A DNA stretch of 55,628 nucleotides from a virus (taxonomy: Duplodnaviria > Caudoviricetes): positions 1 to 55,628 of IMG/VR virus record IMGVR_UViG_3300049846_001678, one strand, 5' to 3'. The notes under the pieces were generated by a model. It worked only from the letters and a program-made list of their open reading frames with translations, did no database searches and had not been told where the DNA came from. The position numbers and the translations under genes were made by a program. Every line of letters starts with the position of its first letter. Within the stretch, counting starts at the first letter, position 1. Below are positions 55,143-55,628 of the stretch, piece by piece.

Positions 55143-55628
55143 TTGTTAGAATCCTTTCTCGTTTCCTTTGTTATAACCGGTTTGTATACAGTTGTCAACA
55201 AACTTTGTGTATGTTGAGTTGAAATCCATCTTTATTCGCGCATAAGCCCCCGCGCGGTTCTTTTCAATTATTATTACAACCGGCCTTATTGGAGACTCAT
55301 CCACTTCCAGACCGACTTCACCATCTTTAGAATCGTTCGAAATGGGGTGAATCATCGCCACCATGTCGGCGTCCTGTTCCAGTGCCCCGGACTCCCGTAG
55401 GTCACTTAAACGCGGCTCCTTCCGTTCATCCGCTGCGCGACGAAGCTGGCAAGCGGCGACAACAGGTATGCGGAACATCTTAGCAATATTCTTTAGTGCA
55501 ACAGAGATAGTCGCAACCTCTCGCTCTCGACGTTCTTTTTCTTGTGGTGCAGAGAGAAGTTGTAGATAGTCAATAAACACAATGGCCCGTTTGCCCTCCG
55601 GTACTTGCTTAACAAACTTAAATACACG
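55077..55628. repeat. Imperfect terminal direct repeat, right copy
   Basis: Ungapped match to 1-552. Confidence 0.95.
55146..55628 (-). CDS. dnaB: DnaB C-terminal part, second allele (truncated by window end)
   Basis: Near-identical to 70-552 with 8 amino-acid substitutions. Confidence 0.9.
   Translation of the reverse strand, partial: RVFKFVKQVPEGKRAIVFIDYLQLLSAPQEKERREREVATISVALKNIAKMFRIPVVAACQLRRAADERKEPRLSDLRESGALEQDADMVAMIHPISNDSKDGEVGLEVDESPIRPVVIIIEKNRAGAYARIKMDFNSTYTKFVDNCIQTGYNKGNEKGF

Noticed and set aside
1-55628. Stop-codon reassignment
   Set aside because: Core genes are intact in the standard code and end at TAA, TAG and TGA

Overview
The window is an essentially complete, apparently lytic, tailed dsDNA phage genome (myovirus) of about 55.08 kb. 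No integrase or recognisable CI-type repressor was found. Bases 1-552 reappear without gaps at 55077-55628 as a diverged allele whose last 127 nt are identical, so the genome closes as a circle. Layout: a leftward replication/recombination operon (DnaB, primase, dNTP pyrophosphatase-like, DUF4406-like, SSB, Sak4-like ATPase, PD-(D/E)XK nuclease); a divergent operon (DnaC-like loader, RusA, dUTPase); a structured, mostly non-coding control region at about 9.6-11.4 kb; many small early/middle genes, including two metallophosphoesterases, an orphan fibre, a SemiSWEET/PQ-loop protein and a lipoprotein matrixin; family A DNA polymerase; TerL-portal-scaffold-capsid; contractile tail and baseplate; a 6 kb extra fibre/adaptor block; a lysis cassette; and a leftward cluster of small envelope proteins. 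The host is a diderm bacterium, possibly Myxococcota-like (weak inference). Best novelty candidates: (1) a -1 slippery site joining the LL-H-like holin to an RBS-less four-beta-strand ORF that ends in an outer-membrane beta-signal, a possible new spanin substitute; (2) long-hairpin small RNAs whose C-rich loops are complementary to the GGGGG-type ribosome-binding sites of non-structural genes, a possible RNA-based translational switch; (3) a recurring YTACAT/TACATGTA operator-like motif in promoters, with a tandem RHH protein as candidate binder. All family assignments come from recognising motifs by eye; no database searches or folding programs were run.
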